From Patescibacteria group bacterium (GTDB taxonomy: Bacteria > Patescibacteriota > Patescibacteriia > 2-01-FULL-39-33): a DNA stretch of 32,000 nt. The number at the start of each line of letters is the position of its first letter. Within the stretch, counting starts at the first letter, position 1. The DNA lies in NCBI GenBank assembly GCA_041662745.1, contig JBAZRV010000002.1:60001-92000 (forward strand). The letters are read 5' to 3'. The position numbers and the translations under genes were made by a program. Below, piece after piece: positions 14,594 through 22,861 of this stretch. The notes under the pieces were generated by a model. It saw nothing but the letters and a program-made list of their open reading frames with translations. It was not told the DNA's origin and made no database searches.

Positions 14594-16762
14594 ATGAAAC
14601 CAACCAAAAACAAAATTATTCTGACCGCAGTCATTATAGCGGTCTTGGCAGCGCTTTTGGCCGTTTGGTTTTTATGGCCGAAGAGCCAGCCGATAATTGA
14701 TCAGCGTTATTATAACGGTCCGACCGGCCTTAACCTGATTGATCGGGCCTTGGCCGAAGAAAAAATTGATTCGGAAACAGCGTTGATTTATAAAGTGAAG
14801 TTTATTTTCCGCGATCCGACTTTGCCCCAGGAGTATTTTACCAAGGAGTTCCCGTTTGAAGAGGGCGGAGTTTTTGCGGAAGTCAGCGAGAATTGGGACA
14901 AACTGTCCCCAACCGCCAAGGAAATATTAGCGCCTTACTTTAAGCGTCCCGACGATTCGGAGAGTTACATCAGCCAAAAGCTTAACAGTGAAACGCAGAA
15001 TCAAGAAACGGGCTTGGGATTGATCAAGGCGGCTCAGGCTTTTGACCGTCCCTTGTCTTATAAGTCTGACGATAGCCTGATTACGGCTGATGGCAAAATA
15101 AAAGTTTGGTATTTAGAAAAGAAAGAAACCATTAACGGCCGGGAAAATATTACTAAAATTTATTATGGTACGGCTCAAAAAATCGTCGCCAACTTAAATA
15201 CTGACGGGGCCTATGCCCAATATGTCGGTTTACTAGGAAAAATCCCGCCCAGTGATGGGACTTTAGGCGGCGACAGCAAGACTGATATTTATGTCGTGTC
15301 CACTGGTTATAGTTTATTGCTTAATGATGATAATTCGTCTTCTCAAGGGGTTAACGCGCCAGACGGTCCCACGAATGGAAGCAGTTTTATTTTAATTCGT
15401 GATAACTTAAACGCCAAGCATTTAAAAACTACGACCGTTCATGAAATCTTCCACGCTTTCCAGCGGGCTTTTAATTGCCGGCTGACCAAAGCCAATTGGT
15501 GGTGGATTGAAGGCACGGCCACTTGGTCGGAAGACATGATTTATCCTAAGGAAGATTCCGAACAAGGCTATGTGGAGAGTTTTATGCCTAGGCCCGACAC
15601 CAGCTTGTTTAAAAACGGCGATAATTTTGAATATGGCGCTTATCTTTTTCCGTTTTATCTCTCCAATACTTACGATCGGATGATTGTCACTAAAGTTTTT
15701 GAAAATTGCAAAAGCGATGGCGATCCTTTGGCTAGCGCCGAAGCAACGATTGACGGCGGTTTTAAAAAAAATTGGAGAGAGTTCGCTTTATGGAATTTTA
15801 ATCAACAGCCGGTTGAATATTACAAAAAAGCCGATCAAAGCAAAAAATTTCCGGCCGATACTTCGCAAAAAAGCAATAATGATCTGATTTTTTTGGCGCC
15901 GGGCGAAAACACTATTCCTACCAAAGAATTAAACCCCCTGACAGCCCAAGTGATTGAAACTTTTTTCAGCGAATCGCAAGGCGTGCGCAAGGCGGTTTTT
16001 AAAAATTTTAAAAATTTTACCGGCAAAAGCGCTAAGGGAGCGATAAAAGCCATAATTTATCCCAAGAATAACGGCCAGCCGTATATTGAAGATTGGACGG
16101 AAAAGGAAAGCCGCAGCTTTTGTTTTGATAAAGCCGACGATAATTTTGATAAGATAATCTTGATTTTCAGCAACGCGGAATTGAAAAATAAAATTGCAGC
16201 AACCGGTATCAAGGTCAAAACTCTGGAGTCTTGCTACGCAATTGATCAGGGCGAAACTATGACCGTCAAGCCGATTTTCGCCGTAACGTCGGGCTATGTT
16301 GGCACGTTGAAATACCAAGCCGAGGGCGGCTTGGTTAAGGATTCCGTGCCGGCCGCGGCCAAGTATCCTTACTTGGGTAAGTGGCAGGTCAAAGTTGATT
16401 ATTTGGAGCAATTTCCGCCCCAAAGAGTGGTGGCGATTACCGCCAGCGAGATGGATTTCGCTTATAACCATTATTTGGAATTTGATTTGAGCGCCGATTC
16501 TGTTTTAAAAGACGGCACGGTTGAAGTGACCACTAAGGAAGGCAAGTTTGAGACCCCGGGCTGGGAAATCCATAATGAACTGTCCGGCCAGACAGCGACC
16601 ATTCCCAAAAATACCACCATGTGGGATGTGCCGCAGAAAGGCGTGATTACGGAAATGACCGCAGACGGCTGTAAGATCAGCTTGCCCGATTTCGTTTTGT
16701 ATAATTCCGGCGGTTATCGCAGTTTGCCCCATCCGATAGTTTTGGAAATAAAAAATAATTAG
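14594..16762 (+). CDS. membrane-anchored gluzincin-type zinc metallopeptidase-like protein
   Basis: 722 aa. N-terminal TM (IILTAVIIAVLAALLAVWFLW). HEIFH (HExxH) is followed 19 residues later by WWWIEGTATWSE, resembling the W..EG.A.[YW] third-ligand helix of clan MA(E). Confidence 0.6.
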   Translation: MKPTKNKIILTAVIIAVLAALLAVWFLWPKSQPIIDQRYYNGPTGLNLIDRALAEEKIDSETALIYKVKFIFRDPTLPQEYFTKEFPFEEGGVFAEVSENWDKLSPTAKEILAPYFKRPDDSESYISQKLNSETQNQETGLGLIKAAQAFDRPLSYKSDDSLITADGKIKVWYLEKKETINGRENITKIYYGTAQKIVANLNTDGAYAQYVGLLGKIPPSDGTLGGDSKTDIYVVSTGYSLLLNDDNSSSQGVNAPDGPTNGSSFILIRDNLNAKHLKTTTVHEIFHAFQRAFNCRLTKANWWWIEGTATWSEDMIYPKEDSEQGYVESFMPRPDTSLFKNGDNFEYGAYLFPFYLSNTYDRMIVTKVFENCKSDGDPLASAEATIDGGFKKNWREFALWNFNQQPVEYYKKADQSKKFPADTSQKSNNDLIFLAPGENTIPTKELNPLTAQVIETFFSESQGVRKAVFKNFKNFTGKSAKGAIKAIIYPKNNGQPYIEDWTEKESRSFCFDKADDNFDKIILIFSNAELKNKIAATGIKVKTLESCYAIDQGETMTVKPIFAVTSGYVGTLKYQAEGGLVKDSVPAAAKYPYLGKWQVKVDYLEQFPPQRVVAITASEMDFAYNHYLEFDLSADSVLKDGTVEVTTKEGKFETPGWEIHNELSGQTATIPKNTTMWDVPQKGVITEMTADGCKISLPDFVLYNSGGYRSLPHPIVLEIKNN

Positions 16763-16780
16763 TTTGCCAAATAATTTTTA

Positions 16781-17791
16781 ATGGCCACCCCTTTTAAAAA
16801 ATTAATAGTGATTCTCGGTCCGACCGCCACCGGCAAAACCCGCTTGGCGGTCGCTTTGGCGCGACGCTTTGGCGGTGAAATAATCTCCGCCGACAGCCGG
16901 CAGGTGTATCGGGGCATGGATATCGGCACGGGCAAGGATTTGCAAGAGTATGTTTTGACTGGGTCGGCCGTGAAATCAACCGGGCGGACCGGTAGGGCCT
17001 TAAAAGGGCATTCTGGAAGGGTGCTGGGAGGCCATAAAACGACCGGCAATATGCCTTATCATTTAATTGATATAATTCAGCCGATGACGCCGTTTAACGT
17101 CGCCAAGTATCAGAAGCTGGCCTATCGGTCTATTGAGGGAGTGTTAGCCCGAGGCAAGGTGCCGATTCTATGCGGCGGTACGGGCCTCTACATTGACGCG
17201 GTGACCAGGGGCTATGAGTTTGGCGGGGCGTTGGCGGACAAGGAGCTTAAGGCGTTGCGCAACAGGTTGGATAAATTGTCCCTGCCCCGGCTTTTGGCGC
17301 GATTAAAAAAAATTGACTTGCCGACTTATAAGACGATAGATCGGAAAAACCGCCGGCGCGTGCAAAGGGCGGTAGAGATTTATTATCAAACCGGCCGGAA
17401 GAAATCCGTCGGCGACCGGCCGGTCAAGTCGGATTATGATTTGCTGATTATCGGAGTGAAGTTTCCGCTGGCGGAGATTTATCGCCGTATTGACAGCCGG
17501 CTGGAAACACGAATCAAGGAGGGGATGATCAAAGAAATAAAAAAACTCCGCCGGCAGGGCGTGAGTTGGAAGCGCTTGGAGGAATTCGGTTTGGAGTATC
17601 GTTATGTGTCGCGTTATTTGCGTGGCCTGATCGGCTATCGGGAAATGTTGGAGCAACTCAGGAATGAAATCCATCATTTCGCCAAACGGCAGCTGACTTG
17701 GTTTAAAAGAAACAAAGACATTGTTTGGGTTAACGAACCCCAAGAGGCCGAGCGAGCCATTGACGGTTTCCTTAAAAAATTACCATTATAA
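16781..17791 (+). CDS. miaA: tRNA dimethylallyltransferase
   Basis: ILGPTATGKT P-loop, ISADSRQVYRGMDIGTGK, HLIDI and the C-terminal FAKRQLTWF motif. Carries a ~25-aa extra segment between GTGK and PYHLIDI. Confidence 0.9.
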   Translation: MATPFKKLIVILGPTATGKTRLAVALARRFGGEIISADSRQVYRGMDIGTGKDLQEYVLTGSAVKSTGRTGRALKGHSGRVLGGHKTTGNMPYHLIDIIQPMTPFNVAKYQKLAYRSIEGVLARGKVPILCGGTGLYIDAVTRGYEFGGALADKELKALRNRLDKLSLPRLLARLKKIDLPTYKTIDRKNRRRVQRAVEIYYQTGRKKSVGDRPVKSDYDLLIIGVKFPLAEIYRRIDSRLETRIKEGMIKEIKKLRRQGVSWKRLEEFGLEYRYVSRYLRGLIGYREMLEQLRNEIHHFAKRQLTWFKRNKDIVWVNEPQEAERAIDGFLKKLPL

Positions 17792-17792
17792 A

Positions 17793-17825
17793 CCGCCACA
17801 TTGATTGTGTGGCGGATTTATTTTT
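17793..17825 (+). terminator. intrinsic terminator of miaA
   Basis: CCGCCACA-ttgattg-TGTGGCGG followed by ATTTATTTTT. Confidence 0.75.
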
Positions 17826-18077
17826 GACCGCACAATTATTTGTGATTTATTTATGATTCGCCATCTTTAACTTCTTTAGAGATTTTTTGAGAAAGCGGAT
17901 TCTGGTCAAAATCTTGCCGTCCCCGTTATAATCTTATTTGTTTCTGGTTTTAAGTTTAATCATTGGTTAATTAGTTTGTCGGTTTTTTTTATCAATTTTT
18001 ATCATTATTTTTATCTAATTTTATACATTTATAAGCTATGGGTTACGTATTGGATAATGTTTGCGTGGATAAACTTT

Positions 18078-19079
18078 TGTTTAGTTAACAGTCAAGGGTG
18101 ACACTTTGGATTGGATTGATACCATATATTGATTAAACTTTTGTATTGGAGTTAAACCGTTCATGTTCTTGCCCAAATGGTATCTCTCATGGTTGTACCA
18201 ATGAACGTATTCTCTCAAACTCTTGAATGGCTTGCCGGGATTTAAATAGTACTCGTCATCTACGCTCCGATTAGCCCTTTCAACTTTGCCGTTCCAAGGA
18301 GCGCTTCTCTTGGGAATGAATCTCTGATTGATGCCGCTATTTTTAACATGGCTGGCAAAGCCGCCTCGAAACTCTCCGCCATTGTCAGTCTGCAGTCCCT
18401 TGATCTCGAAAGGAAAGAATCTCTTGGCTTTCTTCAACGCGATCATCGATGTCGGCGCATTCCGGCTGTAGCAGTCGACAGCTAATTGCATATTCGTGTA
18501 AGTATCGATGAATCTGTATTGATAGTTCCAAACTCCCGGTTCTTCCTCTGATGGCACGTATTTTACGTCTAATTGGACGTTTTCTCCTGGCTGTTTGGCT
18601 TTGTAGGGCTCTTTCATGGGCTGATACCAAGGTTGTTTTCTCTGCGGCTTCCTGATCAATTTCTTCTTCTTGTAGTAGCGGTAAATTATCGTAGTCGAGA
18701 TATCGACATTCAATTTCTCTTTGACATGGAGTTTCATCTTCTTCGGCCCATAATTGTATTTGAGCTTGGCATCGTAGATGAAGCATCTGACTTGAGAAGT
18801 CATCTTCAACTGGGGATGGAGCTCACGGCTGATGTGTCTGTTAGAGCCGTAACCATGATCCTTGTTGTACCATTTGTAGTAGGTCTTGCGAGAAATGCCG
18901 AAGATATTGCAAACCTCTTCAATCGTTTTTCCATACTTTTCGACCTGGCGATACCATCTGAACCTCATTTCCTGAGGAGCGCTAAGCGGTGATCCTGGCA
19001 TATATTTGGCTGATTTTAGGTGAGTTAACAGTGTCACCCTTATCCTACCAGAATGTCACCCTTTAATGTTAACTGTACA
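18078..19079 (-). mobile_element. IS481-family-like insertion sequence, apparently intact
   Basis: ~33-bp imperfect terminal inverted repeats (TGTTTAGTTAACAGTCAAGGGTGACAC... versus the reverse complement TGTACAGTTAACATTAAAGGGTGACAT...), TGT/ACA tips. Flanking direct repeat AACTTTT at 18072-18078 and 19079-19085, so the exact boundary is ambiguous by 1-2 nt. Single full-length DDE transposase ORF. Confidence 0.85.
18081..19037 (-). CDS. DDE transposase (integrase-core/rve type, IS481-like)
   Basis: 318 aa. N-terminal HTH (IFGISRKTYYKWY). Catalytic-core landmarks QLDVKYV, TDNGGEF and KVERANRSVDDE, then YNHERYHLGKNMNGLTPIQKF. Confidence 0.85.
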   Translation of the reverse strand: MTLLTHLKSAKYMPGSPLSAPQEMRFRWYRQVEKYGKTIEEVCNIFGISRKTYYKWYNKDHGYGSNRHISRELHPQLKMTSQVRCFIYDAKLKYNYGPKKMKLHVKEKLNVDISTTIIYRYYKKKKLIRKPQRKQPWYQPMKEPYKAKQPGENVQLDVKYVPSEEEPGVWNYQYRFIDTYTNMQLAVDCYSRNAPTSMIALKKAKRFFPFEIKGLQTDNGGEFRGGFASHVKNSGINQRFIPKRSAPWNGKVERANRSVDDEYYLNPGKPFKSLREYVHWYNHERYHLGKNMNGLTPIQKFNQYMVSIQSKVSPLTVN

Positions 19080-19084
19080 ACTTT

Positions 19085-19113
19085 TTGACAAAAATATCAA
19101 TGTATGCTATAAT
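19085..19113 (+). promoter_or_regulatory. perfect consensus sigma70 promoter (TTGACA-17-TATAAT)
   Basis: TTGACA at 19085-19090 and TATAAT at 19108-19113. The -35 abuts the IS target-site duplication. Confidence 0.65.
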
Positions 19114-19180
19114 TATATATTCCTCATTGGGAGGAAGGCACCTACACAATCGCAGTTAGCAACACAGAAGGGAAATTGCA

Positions 19181-20119
19181 ATGCGTAACATCGCGGTCTT
19201 CACGATCTTGCTGGCCTGTGCGTTTTTGGTTTTGGCGGTTTCGGCTTTTGCTGACGCCCCTTATCATGACGCCGATACCAATCAGGACAACAAAATAGAA
19301 TTGTCCGAACTTTTGCGCGTCATTCAGTTCTTCAATATGGATGGGTATCATGCTTGTCCGGAAGAGGGAACCGAAGACGGCTTCTGTCCCGGCTTATCTC
19401 CGAGTGAAGGCGAAGGAGAAGGCGAAGGAGTCGAAAGTTATACCGTCTCCTTAGTAGCTGATCCTCCTGATGCTGGTACCATAAATTTTATGCCGGATTC
19501 TTCGGAAACAACAATGACCGTTGAAGGCGGTACAAGAGTGACTATTGGCGCAACGGTTTTTCCCGGCTGGTATTTTAATCGTTTTAAGATAGTCGATTCT
19601 ACTGGCCATACCGTTTATTCGACGATCAACCCCTTCTCGATTATCGTTTGGGATGATCAAGTTGTCACCGCTCAATTCGTCCTTAATTACGTGTCGGTCC
19701 CGACTATTTCATTCCGTTGCAGTTCAAGTAGCGATATCCAATTATCTGTTAGGATGCCCAGCGGTAATAATCTCCACAGCTACTTGGTTGATCCGACCAT
19801 TGGCCATCTCAACTATGTGGGAGTAGCCGGACCAAACGGAAACTGGGTATGGGATCCGGAAACTAGCCCTCGCAATCCGGATATCGTAATTATTGAATCA
19901 GAGACTTACTGGTTGATTCAATTAACCACTAATTTTGAGTCCTGGGCACCGGATCATTTCCGTGGCAATCTGTTTGCTGTGGATGACACGGGCCAGATGT
20001 CGTTTTTTGACCTCAGCCAATGGTCGGTCAATTACGGGTTGGATGATTCAGTGGTGGTTGATGATGGATCCGGCGAATTGGCGATTGAATTCCTTCGGGA
20101 TGATGGCGACTGCTACTAG
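19181..20119 (+). CDS. secreted EF-hand-loop / (Glu-Gly)n-linker protein, paralog 1
   Basis: Signal peptide ...AVSAFA|D. The loop DTNQDNKIELSE fits the EF-hand pattern DxNxDxxIxxxE, followed by LLRVIQFFN..GYHACPE.GTEDGFCPG, then EGEGEGEG, a variable middle, and a C-terminal ~140 aa highly similar to 25622-26674. Confidence 0.75.
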   Translation: MRNIAVFTILLACAFLVLAVSAFADAPYHDADTNQDNKIELSELLRVIQFFNMDGYHACPEEGTEDGFCPGLSPSEGEGEGEGVESYTVSLVADPPDAGTINFMPDSSETTMTVEGGTRVTIGATVFPGWYFNRFKIVDSTGHTVYSTINPFSIIVWDDQVVTAQFVLNYVSVPTISFRCSSSSDIQLSVRMPSGNNLHSYLVDPTIGHLNYVGVAGPNGNWVWDPETSPRNPDIVIIESETYWLIQLTTNFESWAPDHFRGNLFAVDDTGQMSFFDLSQWSVNYGLDDSVVVDDGSGELAIEFLRDDGDCY

Positions 20120-20150
20120 AAAGTAGTCACTACGACAGACGCACCTTACG

Positions 20151-20184
20151 GGCGGTCAGCAAGAGCTGGCCGTCTATTATTTTA
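20151..20184 (+). terminator. terminator-like hairpin after paralog 1
   Basis: GGCGGTCAGC-aaga-GCTGGCCGTC followed by TATTATTTT. Confidence 0.5.
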
Positions 20185-20431
20185 GGCCGCCTTTGCCAAA
20201 AGTCCTGTTTAGCCATTCTTTTAGGGGAGCATCCTTGTCTAATTCTTTTCGCGCCGCTTGTTCCCTGATGGTCGGCTCAATATCGTTAGCGATGTTCGTC
20301 AATTCCGCCTCGCGGTCGCTTAAATCGCCGCCTTGGCGGGATTCGCGGGTTTTTTCGGCTTGATTCAACCCATCAAGATCAACTATTCCCGGGGAAGGTA
20401 ATTCCGTCCCTCTTTTCGTTGTTTCCGGCAT
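20177..20431 (-). CDS. hypothetical 84-aa acidic protein
   Basis: ORF 12 nt downstream of the 189-aa ORF on the same strand. No recognisable motif. Confidence 0.45.
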   Translation of the reverse strand: MPETTKRGTELPSPGIVDLDGLNQAEKTRESRQGGDLSDREAELTNIANDIEPTIREQAARKELDKDAPLKEWLNRTFGKGGLK

Positions 20432-20442
20432 ATTATTTATAA

Positions 20443-21012
20443 TTAAAATTTAGGTTTGAGCGAGCTGGGTATGCCGGCAGAAACAAATCCGCCGCCGCCG
20501 GCTTTGCCGGACAGAGAAGAGGCGATACGGCGGGAACCGGTCAGACTGGTAGCTTTTGCCTGTTGGCGTTGCAAGAACGAAGGCTTTTCTCCGGCATGGG
20601 GGCCAAGAGCTTTTTGATTTAATGAGCTTACGCCGGCTTGGCCCAAATCTTCTTCTGACATCTCCAGAATATGTTCCCGTCTGACGCGGGCAATGCTTTG
20701 GGCCTTGACGCGTTCTTTGTTGAGGTACTCCTTAACGGCAAAAGTCGGATTCTTCTCAAAGCCGTAGACGCCGGCTCGGTTAAGAACGGCAGCGATTTCT
20801 TTCATTTGCGAAACAGGAATCGGCTTGTCTTGAGTGATTATCTTGCTGATGGCCGGATCATCGTAACCGGCGTTCCTTAGGGCCTCCTTGGTTTTCCACA
20901 GGACGGATTCGCCAACCGCCCGACGGCTTTTGATGTTGGCTTGGTAGAGTTTAGAAAATTTTATTTCCTTGGGCGTGTATTTTTGCGCCTGGGATTGTTG
21001 GATAAAAGGCAT
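20443..21012 (-). CDS. hypothetical 189-aa protein with Ser/Gly/Lys-rich tail
   Basis: ORF 69 nt downstream of gatB on the same strand. No recognisable motif. Confidence 0.5.
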   Translation of the reverse strand: MPFIQQSQAQKYTPKEIKFSKLYQANIKSRRAVGESVLWKTKEALRNAGYDDPAISKIITQDKPIPVSQMKEIAAVLNRAGVYGFEKNPTFAVKEYLNKERVKAQSIARVRREHILEMSEEDLGQAGVSSLNQKALGPHAGEKPSFLQRQQAKATSLTGSRRIASSLSGKAGGGGFVSAGIPSSLKPKF

Positions 21013-21081
21013 GGGATTATTTGAACTGAGGAATTGAAAATCTCGCGCTATGATAATTAACGGGATAATTATGGCAAATCG

Positions 21082-22605
21082 TTAGCTTAGTTTCTTGGTC
21101 AATAAGTCATTGATTATCGCCGGATTGGCCTTGCCCTTGGCTTCGCGCATCACTTGGCCGACTAAGAATTTGAAGGAAGCCTCTTTGCCTGCTTTAAAAT
21201 CCTCCACTGCTTTGGGATTGGCGGCGATGATTTTTTCCACAATCGTTTCAATTTCTCCGGCATCTTCCATTTGGCCTAAGTTTTTCTCTTCCATAATATC
21301 AGACGGATCTTTGCCGGTGGCGAACATTTCTTCCAGTATTTGCTGGGCGGCCAGATTATTGACTTTGGAAACATAGATTAATGACAGGAATTCGGCGAAG
21401 TTTTCCGGCGCAATCTTGCAATCCTTGATAGCGGTTTTATGTTCGTTTAAATGCTTGAACAGATGGTTAACCAGCCAATTGCCAACCAGTTTGGAGATTT
21501 TTTTGCCTTCGCGCTCCCGGATTTCCTCGGCCGTGCCCTCAACTTCGGGCACGCTGTCCAGCCATTCAATCATTTCCGAAATAACTTCTTCGGCGTAGGC
21601 GGCCAAGGCCTTGTCGGCTACGATGATGCCGGCGACTTCCGGATCAAATTGGTATTCGGCCACGAAACGCTTGAGTTTGGCTTGGGGCAATTCCGGCAGG
21701 GTGGCGCGCAATAAGGCGATTTTATCTTCGCTGATTTGTAGCGGCGGCAAGTCCGGCTCGGGGAAATAGCGGTAGTCGGCGGCGGTTTCCTTGATGCGTT
21801 GGCTGAAAGTTTCTTGTTTGGCATCATCCCAGCCGCGGGTTTCTTGCACCAGCTTTTCGCCGGCATCAATCGCTTTGGTTTGCCGGCGGATTTCAAATTC
21901 AATGGCTCGCTCCAGGGAGCGGAATGAATTGATGTTTTTGAGCTCCACTTTGGGATTCAACCGGTAATCCAACAGCGGTTTGACTTCGTTATTGACGATT
22001 TCAAATTTGCCGTCTTCTTGCAATGACACGTTAGCCTCGCAACGCATTTGGCCCTTTTCCATATCCGCTTCGGAGATTTCCAGATAACGCAGGATTTGTT
22101 GGTAAAGCTGGCAGAATTCTTTGGCTTCCTTGGCGCTGTCAATGACCGGCCCGGTGACCAATTCAATCAGGGGAGTGCCGGCGCGCGACAAGTCAACCAA
22201 AGTACCGGAAGAAACATGGGAGAGCTTGCCCGTGTCTTCCTCCAAGTGGATGCGCACGATGGAAACGTTTTTTTTGCCGACTTGCAGGTTGCCGTCGTAA
22301 GTCAAAGGCAAATCATATTGGGAAATCTGATAGCCCTTGGGCAGGTCGGGATAAAAATAATTTTTGCGGTCAAACTTGGTGAAGTTATTGATTTGGCAAT
22401 TCAAAGCCAGACCGACCAAAATTGTCCAGTCAATCGCTTGACGGTTGGCTACCGGCAACATGCCCGGATGGCCCAGGCAGATAGGGCAAATGTTTTCGTT
22501 GGGCTTGTCCTGCAGTTTGTAGCCGTTGGCGCAGGTGCAGAACATTTTGGTTTTGGTGTTGAGTTCGGCGTGGATTTCCATGCCGATAACCGGAACAAGC
22601 TTCAT
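21082..22605 (-). CDS. gatB: aspartyl/glutamyl-tRNA(Asn/Gln) amidotransferase subunit B
   Basis: VIGMEIHAELNTKTKMFC...CPICLGHPGMLP...DRKNYFYPDLPKGYQISQ...RCEANVS and the C-terminal YqeY-like tail. Full length. Confidence 0.95.
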   Translation of the reverse strand: MKLVPVIGMEIHAELNTKTKMFCTCANGYKLQDKPNENICPICLGHPGMLPVANRQAIDWTILVGLALNCQINNFTKFDRKNYFYPDLPKGYQISQYDLPLTYDGNLQVGKKNVSIVRIHLEEDTGKLSHVSSGTLVDLSRAGTPLIELVTGPVIDSAKEAKEFCQLYQQILRYLEISEADMEKGQMRCEANVSLQEDGKFEIVNNEVKPLLDYRLNPKVELKNINSFRSLERAIEFEIRRQTKAIDAGEKLVQETRGWDDAKQETFSQRIKETAADYRYFPEPDLPPLQISEDKIALLRATLPELPQAKLKRFVAEYQFDPEVAGIIVADKALAAYAEEVISEMIEWLDSVPEVEGTAEEIREREGKKISKLVGNWLVNHLFKHLNEHKTAIKDCKIAPENFAEFLSLIYVSKVNNLAAQQILEEMFATGKDPSDIMEEKNLGQMEDAGEIETIVEKIIAANPKAVEDFKAGKEASFKFLVGQVMREAKGKANPAIINDLLTKKLS

Positions 22606-22807
22606 AGTGTCTGGTGTCTATAATGGTTTAAGTTGAATATAGTTTAACGTTTTTTGCCGTAAAAATCAAGTCTAACCCCCTTCCCCCTATCCCCGTTTTA
22701 AAGATTTCTTATTCAATCAAAAGGCCAATAGTTTGTAAAAAATGTGTTTAAAATAAGGTAAAGGGGCTTTATTTTTCGCTTGGCCTAACAGCTGAGCGTT
22801 TTTGCAT

Positions 22808-22832
22808 AAAAAAACCGGCAAAAGTTTGCCGG
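22808..22832 (-). terminator. intrinsic terminator downstream of thyX
   Basis: On the minus strand: CCGGCA-aacttt-TGCCGG followed by TTTTTTT. Confidence 0.7.
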
Positions 22833-22861
22833 TGATAAGGTGCGAGATTAAGAATGATTTT

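Noticed and set aside
8687-16780. Calling the accessory stretch a prophage or integrative conjugative element.
   Set aside because: No integrase, excisionase, capsid, terminase or tail genes, relaxase or T4SS genes are present, and there is no distal att copy in the window. Only the Bro-N/DinD-like gene is phage-flavoured.
18385-18786. 133-aa alternative-frame ORF inside the IS, as evidence for programmed frameshifting (IS3-style orfA/orfB).
   Set aside because: The 318-aa frame already contains both the HTH and the complete DDE core in one piece, and no slippery heptamer was noticed.
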